Origin: Longimicrobiales bacterium
GTDB lineage: Bacteria > Gemmatimonadota > Gemmatimonadetes > Longimicrobiales > Gaopeijiaceae
Assembly: GCA_965204735.1 (NCBI GenBank)
Contig: OZ242008.1
Span: 1,280,001-1,344,000, forward strand
Length of the DNA: 64,000 bases
Direction of reading: 5' to 3'
Below are positions 18,482 to 27,681 of the stretch, piece by piece. The position numbers and the translations under genes are program-made. How positions within the stretch are numbered: the first letter of the stretch is position 1; each line of letters starts with the position of its first letter. Below the pieces are notes generated by a model. It was not told the DNA's origin, searched no databases, and saw only the letters and a list, made by a program, of their open reading frames with translations.

Positions 18482-19860
18482 GACCCCCACAGTCCCAGCC
18501 GGTTGAAGACCCAAGTGACGGCCACGCCGTTCAGCAGCGTGACTTGCAGCAAGATGCCCAAGTTCCACAGGTACGACCTGGTCCGGTTCTCGCCCAGCGC
18601 CTTCTTGTCGTTCAAGAGCAGATAGATCGACCAGCCGACGACGGTGTTGAAGATCGACATGGCGGCTGCGACGGCGATGATGAAGAAGAGCGGGTTGCCG
18701 TCCAGCGCTGCCGACAAGAGAGCGACCTGCGGCAGAAGAATGCATGTGCGCCAGCGAGCCGACGAGGTGTCCGGTTCCCACCCGAACGCTTCATGGACCG
18801 CCATGGCGCCGGCGACGCTGAGCATTACGGTGGAGGTGACGGGCACCGCCAGGAATCCGATGTAGAAGACGATCCGGGACCATGTCTCCCCGAGAAGCGG
18901 CTCCAGCGCCGCCGCCAGCTCCGGCGCGCTCCCGGGAACGCCCCCGGGAAACTCGGTTCTGGCGAAGACCGAGATCACAAGGAAGTTGACCACGACGAAG
19001 GGCACGAAGAGGCCGCCCACGATGTCGATACGCGCCAGGCGCTCGTGCTTCGGTCCCCATCCGCGCACAAGTCCGGCGTAGTTGAAGAGGACCCAGTCCA
19101 TCACCACGACCGCTGCGGCGGTCGTTGCGATGAACATGTCCAGTCCCACGCCCCCGCCCGGAAGCCAAGGCACGAAGAAGCCCTTGGCCGCCGCTCGCCA
19201 CTCCACGCCCACCACGAGCAAGACGGCCCCGAAGGCCAGAAACATGACGGCGATCGCGGACTTCATCGCTCCTTCGACGAGCCGCGTTCCCCGGCCGCCC
19301 TTGCGGCCGTAGCTGAGGGACAGCCAAGCCGTCACCGCCCCGAAGAAGAGCCAGTTCCACTTCGCCGGAAACGAGAACCCCGCCATCGGCGCGAGCGACT
19401 CGATCAAGTGCGTGCCCAGGGTGACCTGGGGGAAGTTGAACGCCACGGCGACGACGCCGCACCCCAGCAGCCCGGTGGCGAAGGAGCCGACCAGCCATCC
19501 GTGACGCTCGTTCTGCAGCTTGATGACACGGAATCCGCCTCGGCAGGTGAGACGCGCGCTGGCCGCCATCAGGAATAGGCCCAGGCCGGCGGAGAGCCAG
19601 ACCAGCCAAAGCGTCCGGTATCCGTAGCTGGCGCCCGCCACCATCGACGTCGTGAGGGTGCCCGCGCCCAGGGTCAGCGCCGCCGTCATGACGCCGGGTC
19701 CGACCAGCCGGGCATAGCCGCCGATCTTGCGGGGGAGCGGGGCCGTCGCCAGCGAGTTCAGACGCTCGACCTCCGCGTCCAGCTCGTGTTGCGGAATCCG
19801 TCGGGCGATGGGATAGGGCAACGGGTCGGCGGGGGGACGGCCCGCGTCGCCCGGGCTCAT
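18478..19860 (-). CDS. NRAMP-related (SLC11-like) transporter
   Basis: GPGVMTAALTLGAGTLTT..AGASYGY.TLW; about 11 TM helices; canonical DPGN absent. Confidence 0.75.
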   Translation of the reverse strand: MSPGDAGRPPADPLPYPIARRIPQHELDAEVERLNSLATAPLPRKIGGYARLVGPGVMTAALTLGAGTLTTSMVAGASYGYRTLWLVWLSAGLGLFLMAASARLTCRGGFRVIKLQNERHGWLVGSFATGLLGCGVVAVAFNFPQVTLGTHLIESLAPMAGFSFPAKWNWLFFGAVTAWLSLSYGRKGGRGTRLVEGAMKSAIAVMFLAFGAVLLVVGVEWRAAAKGFFVPWLPGGGVGLDMFIATTAAAVVVMDWVLFNYAGLVRGWGPKHERLARIDIVGGLFVPFVVVNFLVISVFARTEFPGGVPGSAPELAAALEPLLGETWSRIVFYIGFLAVPVTSTVMLSVAGAMAVHEAFGWEPDTSSARWRTCILLPQVALLSAALDGNPLFFIIAVAAAMSIFNTVVGWSIYLLLNDKKALGENRTRSYLWNLGILLQVTLLNGVAVTWVFNRLGLWGS

Positions 19861-19931
19861 CCGGGCGGCCTCGCTGGGTCCCCTGTCGGGGGTTCGGCGG
19901 CAGGTCGGCGGGCGTTCATGCGGTTCCCGGA

Positions 19932-20942
19932 TCAGAGGGTCAGGATCGACTTCCCGAACACCTGTCTGGCGACGAGTTCGGCCATCGCTTCGCCCACTTC
20001 TTCCAGCGGGCGCACCGCGTGGACCGCGGGATCGAGCCGGCCCGCGGCCACCATCTCCAGCAGCTGCGCAATGCCGGCGCGGCTCCATCCGTCGGAGCCC
20101 GTGATCGTCTGCTCGTAGCTCCAGATGTAGCGGATGTCGGTCGGCGGGTCGTAGCCGGCGGTGGCGCCGCAGGTGATCATGCGCCCGTGGTAGCGAAGGA
20201 TCTTGAGGCTTGCGGCCCAGGTGTCGCCGCCGATGTAGTTGACCACGGCGTCCACGCCTCCGGCGGCCTTGTCCAGGTAGCGGGGCCGTCCGGCGATCGC
20301 CTTGACTTGGCCCAGCCACTCCTCGGTCCGCGACGGGAACACGTGGTCGGCGCCCAATTCCTTCAGCTTCTCGCGCTTCCACTCGCCGCTGCCCGTCGCG
20401 ATCACCGTGGCGCCCGCGAGCTTGCAGAGCTGAACGCAGCAAACGCCGACGCCCCCGGTCGCTCCCAGCACCAGCACCGTCTCGCCAGGCTCGATGCGAG
20501 CCCGCTCCTCGACCACCCGCTGGGCGGTGCCATAGGCGACCGGGACGGCGGCCGCGGCTTCCAGCGACACGCCGTCGGGCACGGGAACCAAGTTCTTCAG
20601 CGGCACCGCCACGTACTCCCGGGCGACCCCCAGCACCTTCTCGCCCATCATCCCCCGGTTCTCGATCACCGGGTCCAGCGCGGCCCGGTCGCCGACGCGC
20701 CAAGGTCCCGGGTCGGTCCCCGGTCCGAACCCGGCCACCTCGCCCGCCGCGTCGCCGCAGGGCACCATCGGGAACGGTACCCGAATGCCCGTGCTTCCTT
20801 GGAGCATCATGGGGTCGAAGCCGTTGAGGGCCACGGCGCGCACTCGCAGCAGGACCTCCCCGGCAGCGGGCTCGGGACGAGGAAGTTCGCCGACGTAGAG
20901 CTCTTCAACGTCGCCGTGACGGTCGTAGAGGGCGGCTCGCAT
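19932..20942 (-). CDS. MDR family zinc-binding dehydrogenase / quinone oxidoreductase
   Basis: GroES-like N-terminus, GETVLVLGATGGVG, CGATAG and FGK.IL. Confidence 0.9.
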   Translation of the reverse strand: MRAALYDRHGDVEELYVGELPRPEPAAGEVLLRVRAVALNGFDPMMLQGSTGIRVPFPMVPCGDAAGEVAGFGPGTDPGPWRVGDRAALDPVIENRGMMGEKVLGVAREYVAVPLKNLVPVPDGVSLEAAAAVPVAYGTAQRVVEERARIEPGETVLVLGATGGVGVCCVQLCKLAGATVIATGSGEWKREKLKELGADHVFPSRTEEWLGQVKAIAGRPRYLDKAAGGVDAVVNYIGGDTWAASLKILRYHGRMITCGATAGYDPPTDIRYIWSYEQTITGSDGWSRAGIAQLLEMVAAGRLDPAVHAVRPLEEVGEAMAELVARQVFGKSILTL

Positions 20943-21101
20943 GGCTGGAAACTGCTCGCTGTCGTGAGGACGACAAGTGGGTGGGCGCAGAGCCCATCCA
21001 GCGTACTAGGGCAAGGCAACGAAGCGCGCAAGGGAAGACTTCCCTGCGCTCGGCCCATCAGCCCAGCCGGGCGCGTCGCTCGCGGACCCCCTGCGCTCGG
21101 C

Positions 21102-21797
21102 CTACGACCCCCTGTCCGCCCCCGCCTCCGGCCCCGCCGCCGCCAGCAAGCTCATGACCGCGCCCTCCGCGTCCAGCGGCCCCTCGCGCCCTTCCAGCGC
21201 CCGCGCAAGCATGCCCGTGGCGTTGGCAACGGCAAAGCTGATCCCGTTCAGGTTTCTCTCCGGCGGGACGCCGGGTATGGGGCGGGGGTAGGGGCTTGCG
21301 GCGATCAGGGCCCGCGCTTGGCCCGCGTCGCGCACTTCCACGCACTCCCGGGCGAGGCTCGCATCCACGACCACTCCGACGGCCGCAGGAAGCGAGCCCG
21401 GCCACCACTTCCGCCCCCGGGCCTCGGCCGCGGCCACCACCAGCCCGCCTGCGGCTCCAAGGCGGTCCACCGCCGCCGCCAGCCGCTCCCGGTGCTCCTC
21501 TCGCAGCGTTCCCAGGCTCATGTTCACCAAGCGGATCCCGCGCTCGGCCGCCCAATCGACGGCGGCCACGAGGGCGCGCACGCTGGTCTTGAGCTCTCGC
21601 GGAAAGACGCGCACGGCGTGAAGGTCGGCGTCGGGCGCCTTCTCCTGGATCGCGGCGAAGACCGCCGTGCCGTGGCCCAGCCGGTCCACGTAGTCGCTGG
21701 AGACGACTCCCGAGAGCTCGATTCGCGCGCCGCCCGCCACTCCCGCGACATGGTGATGGTGCGGGTTGACGCCGCTGTCCACGACGGCCACCGTCAC
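21102..21797 (-). CDS. Small S8 subtilisin-like serine peptidase (QhpE-like)
   Basis: Triad VAVVDSG / GHGTA / GISFA, plus NMSLG. Start approximate. Confidence 0.8.
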   Translation of the reverse strand: MTVAVVDSGVNPHHHHVAGVAGGARIELSGVVSSDYVDRLGHGTAVFAAIQEKAPDADLHAVRVFPRELKTSVRALVAAVDWAAERGIRLVNMSLGTLREEHRERLAAAVDRLGAAGGLVVAAAEARGRKWWPGSLPAAVGVVVDASLARECVEVRDAGQARALIAASPYPRPIPGVPPERNLNGISFAVANATGMLARALEGREGPLDAEGAVMSLLAAAGPEAGADRGS

Positions 21798-21868
21798 GCC
21801 TGCGCCCGTCCGCTCGCGAACGCCCGGCGAGCCCAGGCAAACTCGCCGCGGCGTCGGTCGGCGGGGGT

Positions 21869-23416
21869 TCAGGACGTGCGGCGCTCCGCTCCGACCTCGC
21901 CGGCCTCGACGGAAGCGCCCACGAGGAACGGAGCGTCGGCGACGTCGGGCCGGGGAACTCGTCCGCACACGGCGGGACGCGGACTGAAGCCGAGGCCGGC
22001 CATTTCGGGCGCCCAGCCGGAGACGACCTTCTCGGCGCCGACGAGGAAGTGGCGGTCGGCCATCTTCCAAGTGTGATGACGCCCGTGGCGAACCAGCACG
22101 AAGTCCACGCCGTGGGTTCGGTACACGCTCCCGCCGCCGCGGATCACGTCTTCCTCCAGTGCCACGTCTTCCTCCCGCGACAGGTCGCGCCAGCCGCCCA
22201 CGTCCTGCAGGTCGAGTCGAGCGATCAGCAGCGTGCCGCCGCACAGGTAGGCGCGGTAAGACTCGCCGCGTCCGTCGCGGCTGGTGAGGGTCTGGTCGGA
22301 CGCGTCCAGATACACGAACTGGTGCCCCTTGCCGACCAGCTGGGCCCGCGAGTACCGGTGGGCCAGGACCAGGTCCCACAAGTGGTCGGCGCCATAGATG
22401 TCGTCGTCGTCCATCTTGGTCAGCAGCGTGCCCTCGGCCGCCGCCGAAGCGGCCTGAAGTGCCCTGCCCAGGCGCACGGTGTCGGGAACCGCCACGACCC
22501 TTGCAGGAAGCGGCAGACGGCCGACTCTCTCCTTGACGGCCGGCAACGCGTGGTCGTTGCCGTGGAGGGCCAGCACAAGCTCGGTGCGGGGATAGCTTTG
22601 CCTTGCCACCGCCGCCAGGGCGGACGGCAGAATCCACGGGCGCTTCGTCGCCATGACGATCGACACGTGCGGCAGGTTGGCGGAGTCCCGCGCCCAAGAC
22701 GAATGACGCCGCATGGCGGCGCGCCGCATTCTCACGCTGTGCAGCTCCCGCTCCGCCAAGTCGAGGCTCCTCGGCGGCGTCGCGATCAAGCCATGGAGCT
22801 CCGAGCCGAGCAGCGTCCGAAGCTCCTCGCCGCCGTCGGCCGCATGAACGACGACTCCGGCGGCGGCCAGCCCGGCCAAGCGCCCGGCCCGGCTCGGCGC
22901 GTCGGCGTGGAACGCCTGCACGTCCACTACGTGCCGATACCGACGAAGCCGAAACGGATCCTCGCGATGCACGGCAACGTCCGCGTGGGTTCGGGCAGGC
23001 AGCAGGTCGAGCCGCCCCAGCGCCGCGACCTCGGGACGGGCGTCTCGCCGCCAGTGAATCGGGTTGCAGACGCTCAGCGGGAACGACGGCGCCGAAGCGT
23101 CGGCCACCAGCCCAACCCGCGTCCGTCCGACGAGCGACCTGCAGCGCACCCGCAAGAACCAACCGGCCCCTCGCCGCTTGTTGACGACGCGGCACGCCAT
23201 CCAGACGGCCCGCGACCCGATCCACTCGAGCACTCCCCAAGCCTGGGCAACGCTGCGGACGGTTCTCGCCCGGATCGTCAGGGAACGCCACCGTCGTCGC
23301 CAGCGGTACCAAAAGACGGCTGCCGGAGGGCGGATCGAGGTCCGCTCGTGGTCGGCGGATTGCGCCATGCGCTCGCTGGCTGGGGGAATTGCTGGCGGCG
23401 AGTGGAAGGTAGGCAT
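21869..23416 (-). CDS. GT-A fold glycosyltransferase (family 2-like)
   Basis: VSIVMATKRP, QSYPRTELVL, KMDDDDIYG (DxD), GGTLL and ED..L. Start uncertain. Confidence 0.75.
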   Translation of the reverse strand: MPTFHSPPAIPPASERMAQSADHERTSIRPPAAVFWYRWRRRWRSLTIRARTVRSVAQAWGVLEWIGSRAVWMACRVVNKRRGAGWFLRVRCRSLVGRTRVGLVADASAPSFPLSVCNPIHWRRDARPEVAALGRLDLLPARTHADVAVHREDPFRLRRYRHVVDVQAFHADAPSRAGRLAGLAAAGVVVHAADGGEELRTLLGSELHGLIATPPRSLDLAERELHSVRMRRAAMRRHSSWARDSANLPHVSIVMATKRPWILPSALAAVARQSYPRTELVLALHGNDHALPAVKERVGRLPLPARVVAVPDTVRLGRALQAASAAAEGTLLTKMDDDDIYGADHLWDLVLAHRYSRAQLVGKGHQFVYLDASDQTLTSRDGRGESYRAYLCGGTLLIARLDLQDVGGWRDLSREEDVALEEDVIRGGGSVYRTHGVDFVLVRHGRHHTWKMADRHFLVGAEKVVSGWAPEMAGLGFSPRPAVCGRVPRPDVADAPFLVGASVEAGEVGAERRTS

Positions 23417-23558
23417 GGCCAAGAGGGACGATCAAGGCAAGGCTTCGCCATCAGCGCGGCTTTCCGGAGAGAGCGGATTGCCCTCGGCCGCGCCACGACC
23501 GAAGTTGACCCGCAGCGCTTCCCGCTCGACCTCGACTCCGACCCTGGAGATGCAGACC

Positions 23559-26500
23559 ATGCGACGCTCTCGCTGCCCCGCCTTCGGTTTCCTGTGGCTG
23601 GCCTCCGCGGCGCTGGCGACCCTTGCCGTCCTGCCGGCCGCGTTCGTCCCGGCGCGCCCCGCCGCGGCCCAGCAGCGTCCCCTGGAGCACGACGACGTGC
23701 TGCGGTGGAACACGATCGCCAGCCCCTCGCTCTCGCCCGACGGGGAGTGGCTGGCCTTCGTCCTCACGGCCATGGAGGGCGACCCCGCGCTGACGATCCG
23801 GCCGGCGCAAGAGGGCAGCTCCGAAGCCGTCGTGCGGGGCGTCAACCCCGTGTTCAGCTCCGACTCCCGGTATCTGGTCTACGACGTTCCTCCGCTGGAA
23901 GCCGTCGTGGACTCCCTCAAGCGAGAAGGGAAGAAGGGCGACGACCTTCCCAACGACTCGCTGGCCATAGTGGAGTTGGCGGCCCTCTTCCAAGGCGGCG
24001 AGTTCCGGCTGGAGGCGATCCGCATGGTGGGGCCGGTCAATGGCCGGAAGATCGCGCCGAAGGGAGAGTGGGCGGCCTACGAACCTGTGCAGGACGAAGG
24101 GGGCTCCGAAGAGGCCGAGGGCGGGGAGGAGGAGCGGCCCTCGGGCGAAGCCGCGGCGGCCGAGGAGCCGAGCGGAGCGGAGGACGAAGGAGACGAAGGC
24201 GACAACGACAAGGAGGACGGCGCGCCGTTGGTTCTCCACGACTTGACCACGGGCGACGAGACCCGGTACGAGCACGTGACGGAGTACGAGTTCGCGGAGG
24301 ACGCTCCGGTCCTGGCCTTCGCCACGGCGACCAAGGACGGGAGCGGCGACGGCGTGCACGTGGTGGCGCTGGACGGCTTGATCAGGCGCGCGGTCGCGGA
24401 AGGCGAGGGACGCTACGAGCAGCTGGCCGTCTCCAAGGACGGAATGCGCGTGGCGTTCCTCTCCGACCGGAAGAGCCGGGCGCAGCGCCGCGAGGCCGAC
24501 GAAGCCGACGAAGCCGACGAGGCCAACGAGAGCGAGGCGGCCGGGCAGCCGGAGGAACCGCCCCAACCCGACGAGCCCTCCCAACCCGTCGAGGCCTCCC
24601 AGTTCGAGTTCGCTCTCTACCAGGGGGCCGCCCCCGATTGGGTGGGCGCGTCGATGGCCGATTCGGAGAGCCCGGGCGTCGCGGAGGGGTGGTGGGTCAG
24701 CCGGAACGGCGAGGTTGTCTTCTCCGAGGGCGGCGGCCGCGTCCTCTTCGGCGTAGTGCCCCGGCCGGCCCCGGAGGAGTCGGACGACGACACCCTGGAA
24801 GAGGACAAGGTCGTCCTCGACGTGTGGAACTGGCGCGACCCCTACCTGCAGCCCATGCAGCTCGTCCGCGCAGAGGAAGAGCGCAAGCGCACCTACGCGG
24901 CGGCGCTTCCCGTGGACGGCGGACGGGTCGTCCATCTCGGCTCGCCGGACGTGCCCACGGTTCGCCACGCGGCGGAGGGCGACGCGACTCACGCCCTGGG
25001 CGTCACCGACGCGCCCTACCGCCAGCTCCTCTCGTGGGACGGGCGCTACAACGACCTCTACGCCCTCGACGCGGCCACCGGGGAGCGGAGGCTCCTCGCC
25101 GAGAAGGTGAAGGGCTTCGGCGGCGGCGCCATCTCGCCCGCAGGGAAGTACGCGACGTGGTGGGACGGCGCCCGGCGCCAGTGGATGGTGGCCCGCCTCG
25201 ACGGACGCGCCGTCGCCGGAGTCGCCGGCCCGGGCGAAGCAATGGCGGCAAGCGCGAAAGTCCCCCACCCGGTCTGGAACGAGCGGGACGACCACCCGGA
25301 CCTGCCTCCCCCCTACGGCGCCGCCGGCTGGACCGAGGACGACGGCGCCTTCCTCTTCTACGACCGCTACGACGTGTGGTGCTTCGACCCGGAGACCGGG
25401 GCCGTCGCCAGCCTCACCGAGGGCGCGGGCCGGGACGCCGGGGTCCGCTTCCGCCATGCCCGGGTCGATCCCGAGCTGGACCACGTGCCCGAAGGCGAGG
25501 CTCTTTGGCAGGCCTTCCACTACACGAACAAGCAGGGCGGGTTCTACAAGGGCAGAACGGACCGTCCCCAGGCGCCGGAGCAGCTCGTCATGTCGGACCA
25601 CGCCTACCGGCTGCGCGGCAAGGCCAAGGAAGCGGACCGCTGGCTGCTCACCCGCGAGGACTTCCGCGAGTTTCCCGACCTCCGGCTGGCGGACCGGATC
25701 ATGGACAGGGGAGGGCTGGCGGAGATGGCCAAGGTGTCCGACGCGAACCCGCAGCAGGCCGAGCACGTCTGGGGGAGCGCGGAGATCGTGGAGTGGAACT
25801 CGAACGACGGGGTCCCGCTGCAAGGCATCCTCTTCACGCCCGACGGATTCGACCCCACGCAGAAGCATCCGATGATGGTGTACTTCTACGAGCGCATGTC
25901 CGACGGGATCCACGCCCATCGCTCGCCCCGCCCCGGCGGTTCGTCGATTTCGATCCCCTTCTACGTCAGCAGGGGGTACGTGGTGTTCGTCCCCGACATC
26001 CCCTACGAGATCGGCTACCCCGGCGAGAGCGCCCTGGACGCGGTGGTTCCCGGAGTGCTGCGGGTGCTGGCCGACGGCTTTGTCGACAAGGACAGGATCG
26101 GCGTGCAGGGGCACTCGTGGGGCGGGTATCAGATCGCCTACATGATCACGAAGACCAACTTGTTCGCGGCGGCGGAGGCCGGAGCGCCGGTCAGCAACAT
26201 GACCAGCGCCTACGGGGGCATCCGCTGGCGGTCGGGCATGAGCCGCATGTTCCAGTACGAGCGCACGCAGAGCCGCATCGGCGGCACGTTGTGGGAAGCC
26301 ACGAACGAGTACCTGCACAACTCGCCCGTGTTCTACGCCGACAAGATATGGACGCCGCTCCTGATGATGCACAACGACGAGGACGGCGCGGTACCATGGT
26401 ATCAGGGGATCGAGATGTTCGTCGCCATGCGGCGGCTGCAAAGACCGGTCTGGATGCTCAACTACAACGGAGAGGCCCACGGACTGCGCAAGGAGGCCAA

Positions 26501-26651
26501 CCGCAAGGACTGGGCCGTGCGGATGCAGCAGTTCTTCGACCACTACCTGAAGGACGCGCCCGCGCCGGTCTGGATGGAAGAGGGGATCCCCGCCGTGGAG
26601 AAGGGCAAGACCTTGGGCACCGAGCCCGCAAGAAGGAAGATTTCCGAGTGA
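23559..26651 (+). CDS. Secreted S9 family (prolyl oligopeptidase/DPP-like) peptidase
   Basis: Signal peptide ending AAA-QQ; SPDG propeller repeats; GHSWGGY nucleophile, DEDGAV and GEAHG. Confidence 0.92.
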   Translation: MRRSRCPAFGFLWLASAALATLAVLPAAFVPARPAAAQQRPLEHDDVLRWNTIASPSLSPDGEWLAFVLTAMEGDPALTIRPAQEGSSEAVVRGVNPVFSSDSRYLVYDVPPLEAVVDSLKREGKKGDDLPNDSLAIVELAALFQGGEFRLEAIRMVGPVNGRKIAPKGEWAAYEPVQDEGGSEEAEGGEEERPSGEAAAAEEPSGAEDEGDEGDNDKEDGAPLVLHDLTTGDETRYEHVTEYEFAEDAPVLAFATATKDGSGDGVHVVALDGLIRRAVAEGEGRYEQLAVSKDGMRVAFLSDRKSRAQRREADEADEADEANESEAAGQPEEPPQPDEPSQPVEASQFEFALYQGAAPDWVGASMADSESPGVAEGWWVSRNGEVVFSEGGGRVLFGVVPRPAPEESDDDTLEEDKVVLDVWNWRDPYLQPMQLVRAEEERKRTYAAALPVDGGRVVHLGSPDVPTVRHAAEGDATHALGVTDAPYRQLLSWDGRYNDLYALDAATGERRLLAEKVKGFGGGAISPAGKYATWWDGARRQWMVARLDGRAVAGVAGPGEAMAASAKVPHPVWNERDDHPDLPPPYGAAGWTEDDGAFLFYDRYDVWCFDPETGAVASLTEGAGRDAGVRFRHARVDPELDHVPEGEALWQAFHYTNKQGGFYKGRTDRPQAPEQLVMSDHAYRLRGKAKEADRWLLTREDFREFPDLRLADRIMDRGGLAEMAKVSDANPQQAEHVWGSAEIVEWNSNDGVPLQGILFTPDGFDPTQKHPMMVYFYERMSDGIHAHRSPRPGGSSISIPFYVSRGYVVFVPDIPYEIGYPGESALDAVVPGVLRVLADGFVDKDRIGVQGHSWGGYQIAYMITKTNLFAAAEAGAPVSNMTSAYGGIRWRSGMSRMFQYERTQSRIGGTLWEATNEYLHNSPVFYADKIWTPLLMMHNDEDGAVPWYQGIEMFVAMRRLQRPVWMLNYNGEAHGLRKEANRKDWAVRMQQFFDHYLKDAPAPVWMEEGIPAVEKGKTLGTEPARRKISE

Positions 26652-27124
26652 CGATACGGGAAAATCCACACCGATGGCCCTCCCGGTGGCCCGCATATGG
26701 GCGATCCGGCAACGACGCAACGACGCCGTCCCTATTGGATTTCGAGGAGGAGAGCGCGTGGGACGCCCTGAAGCGGGAAGCCTTCTTCCCCGTGAGCGAG
26801 CAGCCTCTGCGCCTGCCTAGTAGGATTGCGTTCACCATCGGCGTTCGTCGCAAGATTTGCGCAAATGGCATGATCGGAGAGGACGGGTTCACCTACAGCG
26901 ATCCCCACCGACATCCGCTTGACACTTGGCTCGAGGACATCAAGAGGAACCAGTCCACGGCCTATGGACTTCGCCGCTTTGATCCCGAGTCCCTAAGGAA
27001 GTGTCTTGCGCACCTAGCTCAGGTGCAGGTATCCGAGCAGGATTTCCTAGCTGGCTTGATCATGACGCTAGGGCTGAACCCGCCGGCGATTCCAGAGCCA
27101 CCGCGGGCGTCGGTCGTCTACTAG
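26648..27124 (+). CDS. Hypothetical protein, lower GC (possible DUF932-like fragment)
   Basis: GTGA-coupled; atypical codon usage; RKICANGMIG motif. Confidence 0.4.
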   Translation: MTIRENPHRWPSRWPAYGRSGNDATTPSLLDFEEESAWDALKREAFFPVSEQPLRLPSRIAFTIGVRRKICANGMIGEDGFTYSDPHRHPLDTWLEDIKRNQSTAYGLRRFDPESLRKCLAHLAQVQVSEQDFLAGLIMTLGLNPPAIPEPPRASVVY

Positions 27125-27216
27125 CCTGGAGCCATCCCCGTCTCTGGGAGCAAGTATCATCGGTGGCCCAGGGTCACGGGCGGCCGACAGGCTCCTAGCC
27201 TGGAGCCATCCCCGTC
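27121..27216. repeat. 22-bp exact direct repeat with 52-nt spacer
   Basis: CTAGCCTGGAGCCATCCCCGTC at 27121-27142 and 27195-27216. Confidence 0.9.
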
Positions 27217-27348
27217 CGCTCGAGTCGGCGGGCTGCGTCGCACGCCTGTTCCATCCGGCCAGCGCGGACGCGACGACATGGCGCTCGAACTCAGAACACC
27301 AAGGCCGCCCAGTCGCGCCGACGGCGCACCCGCCGTTACTTTCCGCCT

Positions 27349-27603
27349 ATGCCCATCTACGAATACACGTGCCGCGACTGCGGGCGGGAGTGCGAGCTTC
27401 TGGTCCGAGGCTCCGGCGCCACGCCGACGTGCCCGTCCTGCAAGAGCGAGGAGCTGGAGCGTCGGCTCTCGTTGCCCAGGGTCAAGTCCTCCACCACCCG
27501 AGGCATGGCGATGCGCGCCGCCAAGAAGCGCGACGCCGGCCAGGCCCGGGACCGAATGCACGAGCGCATCCGCTACGAGCAGAGCCACGACCGACATGGC
27601 TAG
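27349..27603 (+). CDS. FmdB family zinc-ribbon protein
   Basis: MPIYEYTCRDCG...CPSCKS..LERRLS. Confidence 0.9.
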   Translation: MPIYEYTCRDCGRECELLVRGSGATPTCPSCKSEELERRLSLPRVKSSTTRGMAMRAAKKRDAGQARDRMHERIRYEQSHDRHG

Positions 27604-27681
27604 CGGCGGCAGGGTCGCGCGCCCTTGCCGGCCCCGTAGCCGGACCCTGAGCTCCGCAGACGCACCGCACCGCCGACGGCC

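Noticed and set aside
24090..24600. Acidic repeats (EADEADEA) in the S9 peptidase as a separate element
   Set aside because: In-frame low-complexity linkers within the propeller region, with no sign of independent function.
22049..27124. 1691-aa ORF and many other long Arg/Pro/Gly-rich ORFs (e.g. 23451-26720, 27999-31412, 31572-34454, 53019-55940)
   Set aside because: Shadow frames of high-GC genes with no motifs. Only the tails at 26648-27124 and 30771-31412 look like real genes.
27121..27216. Mini CRISPR array
   Set aside because: Only two 22-bp copies with a 52-nt spacer, no leader and no cas genes in the window.
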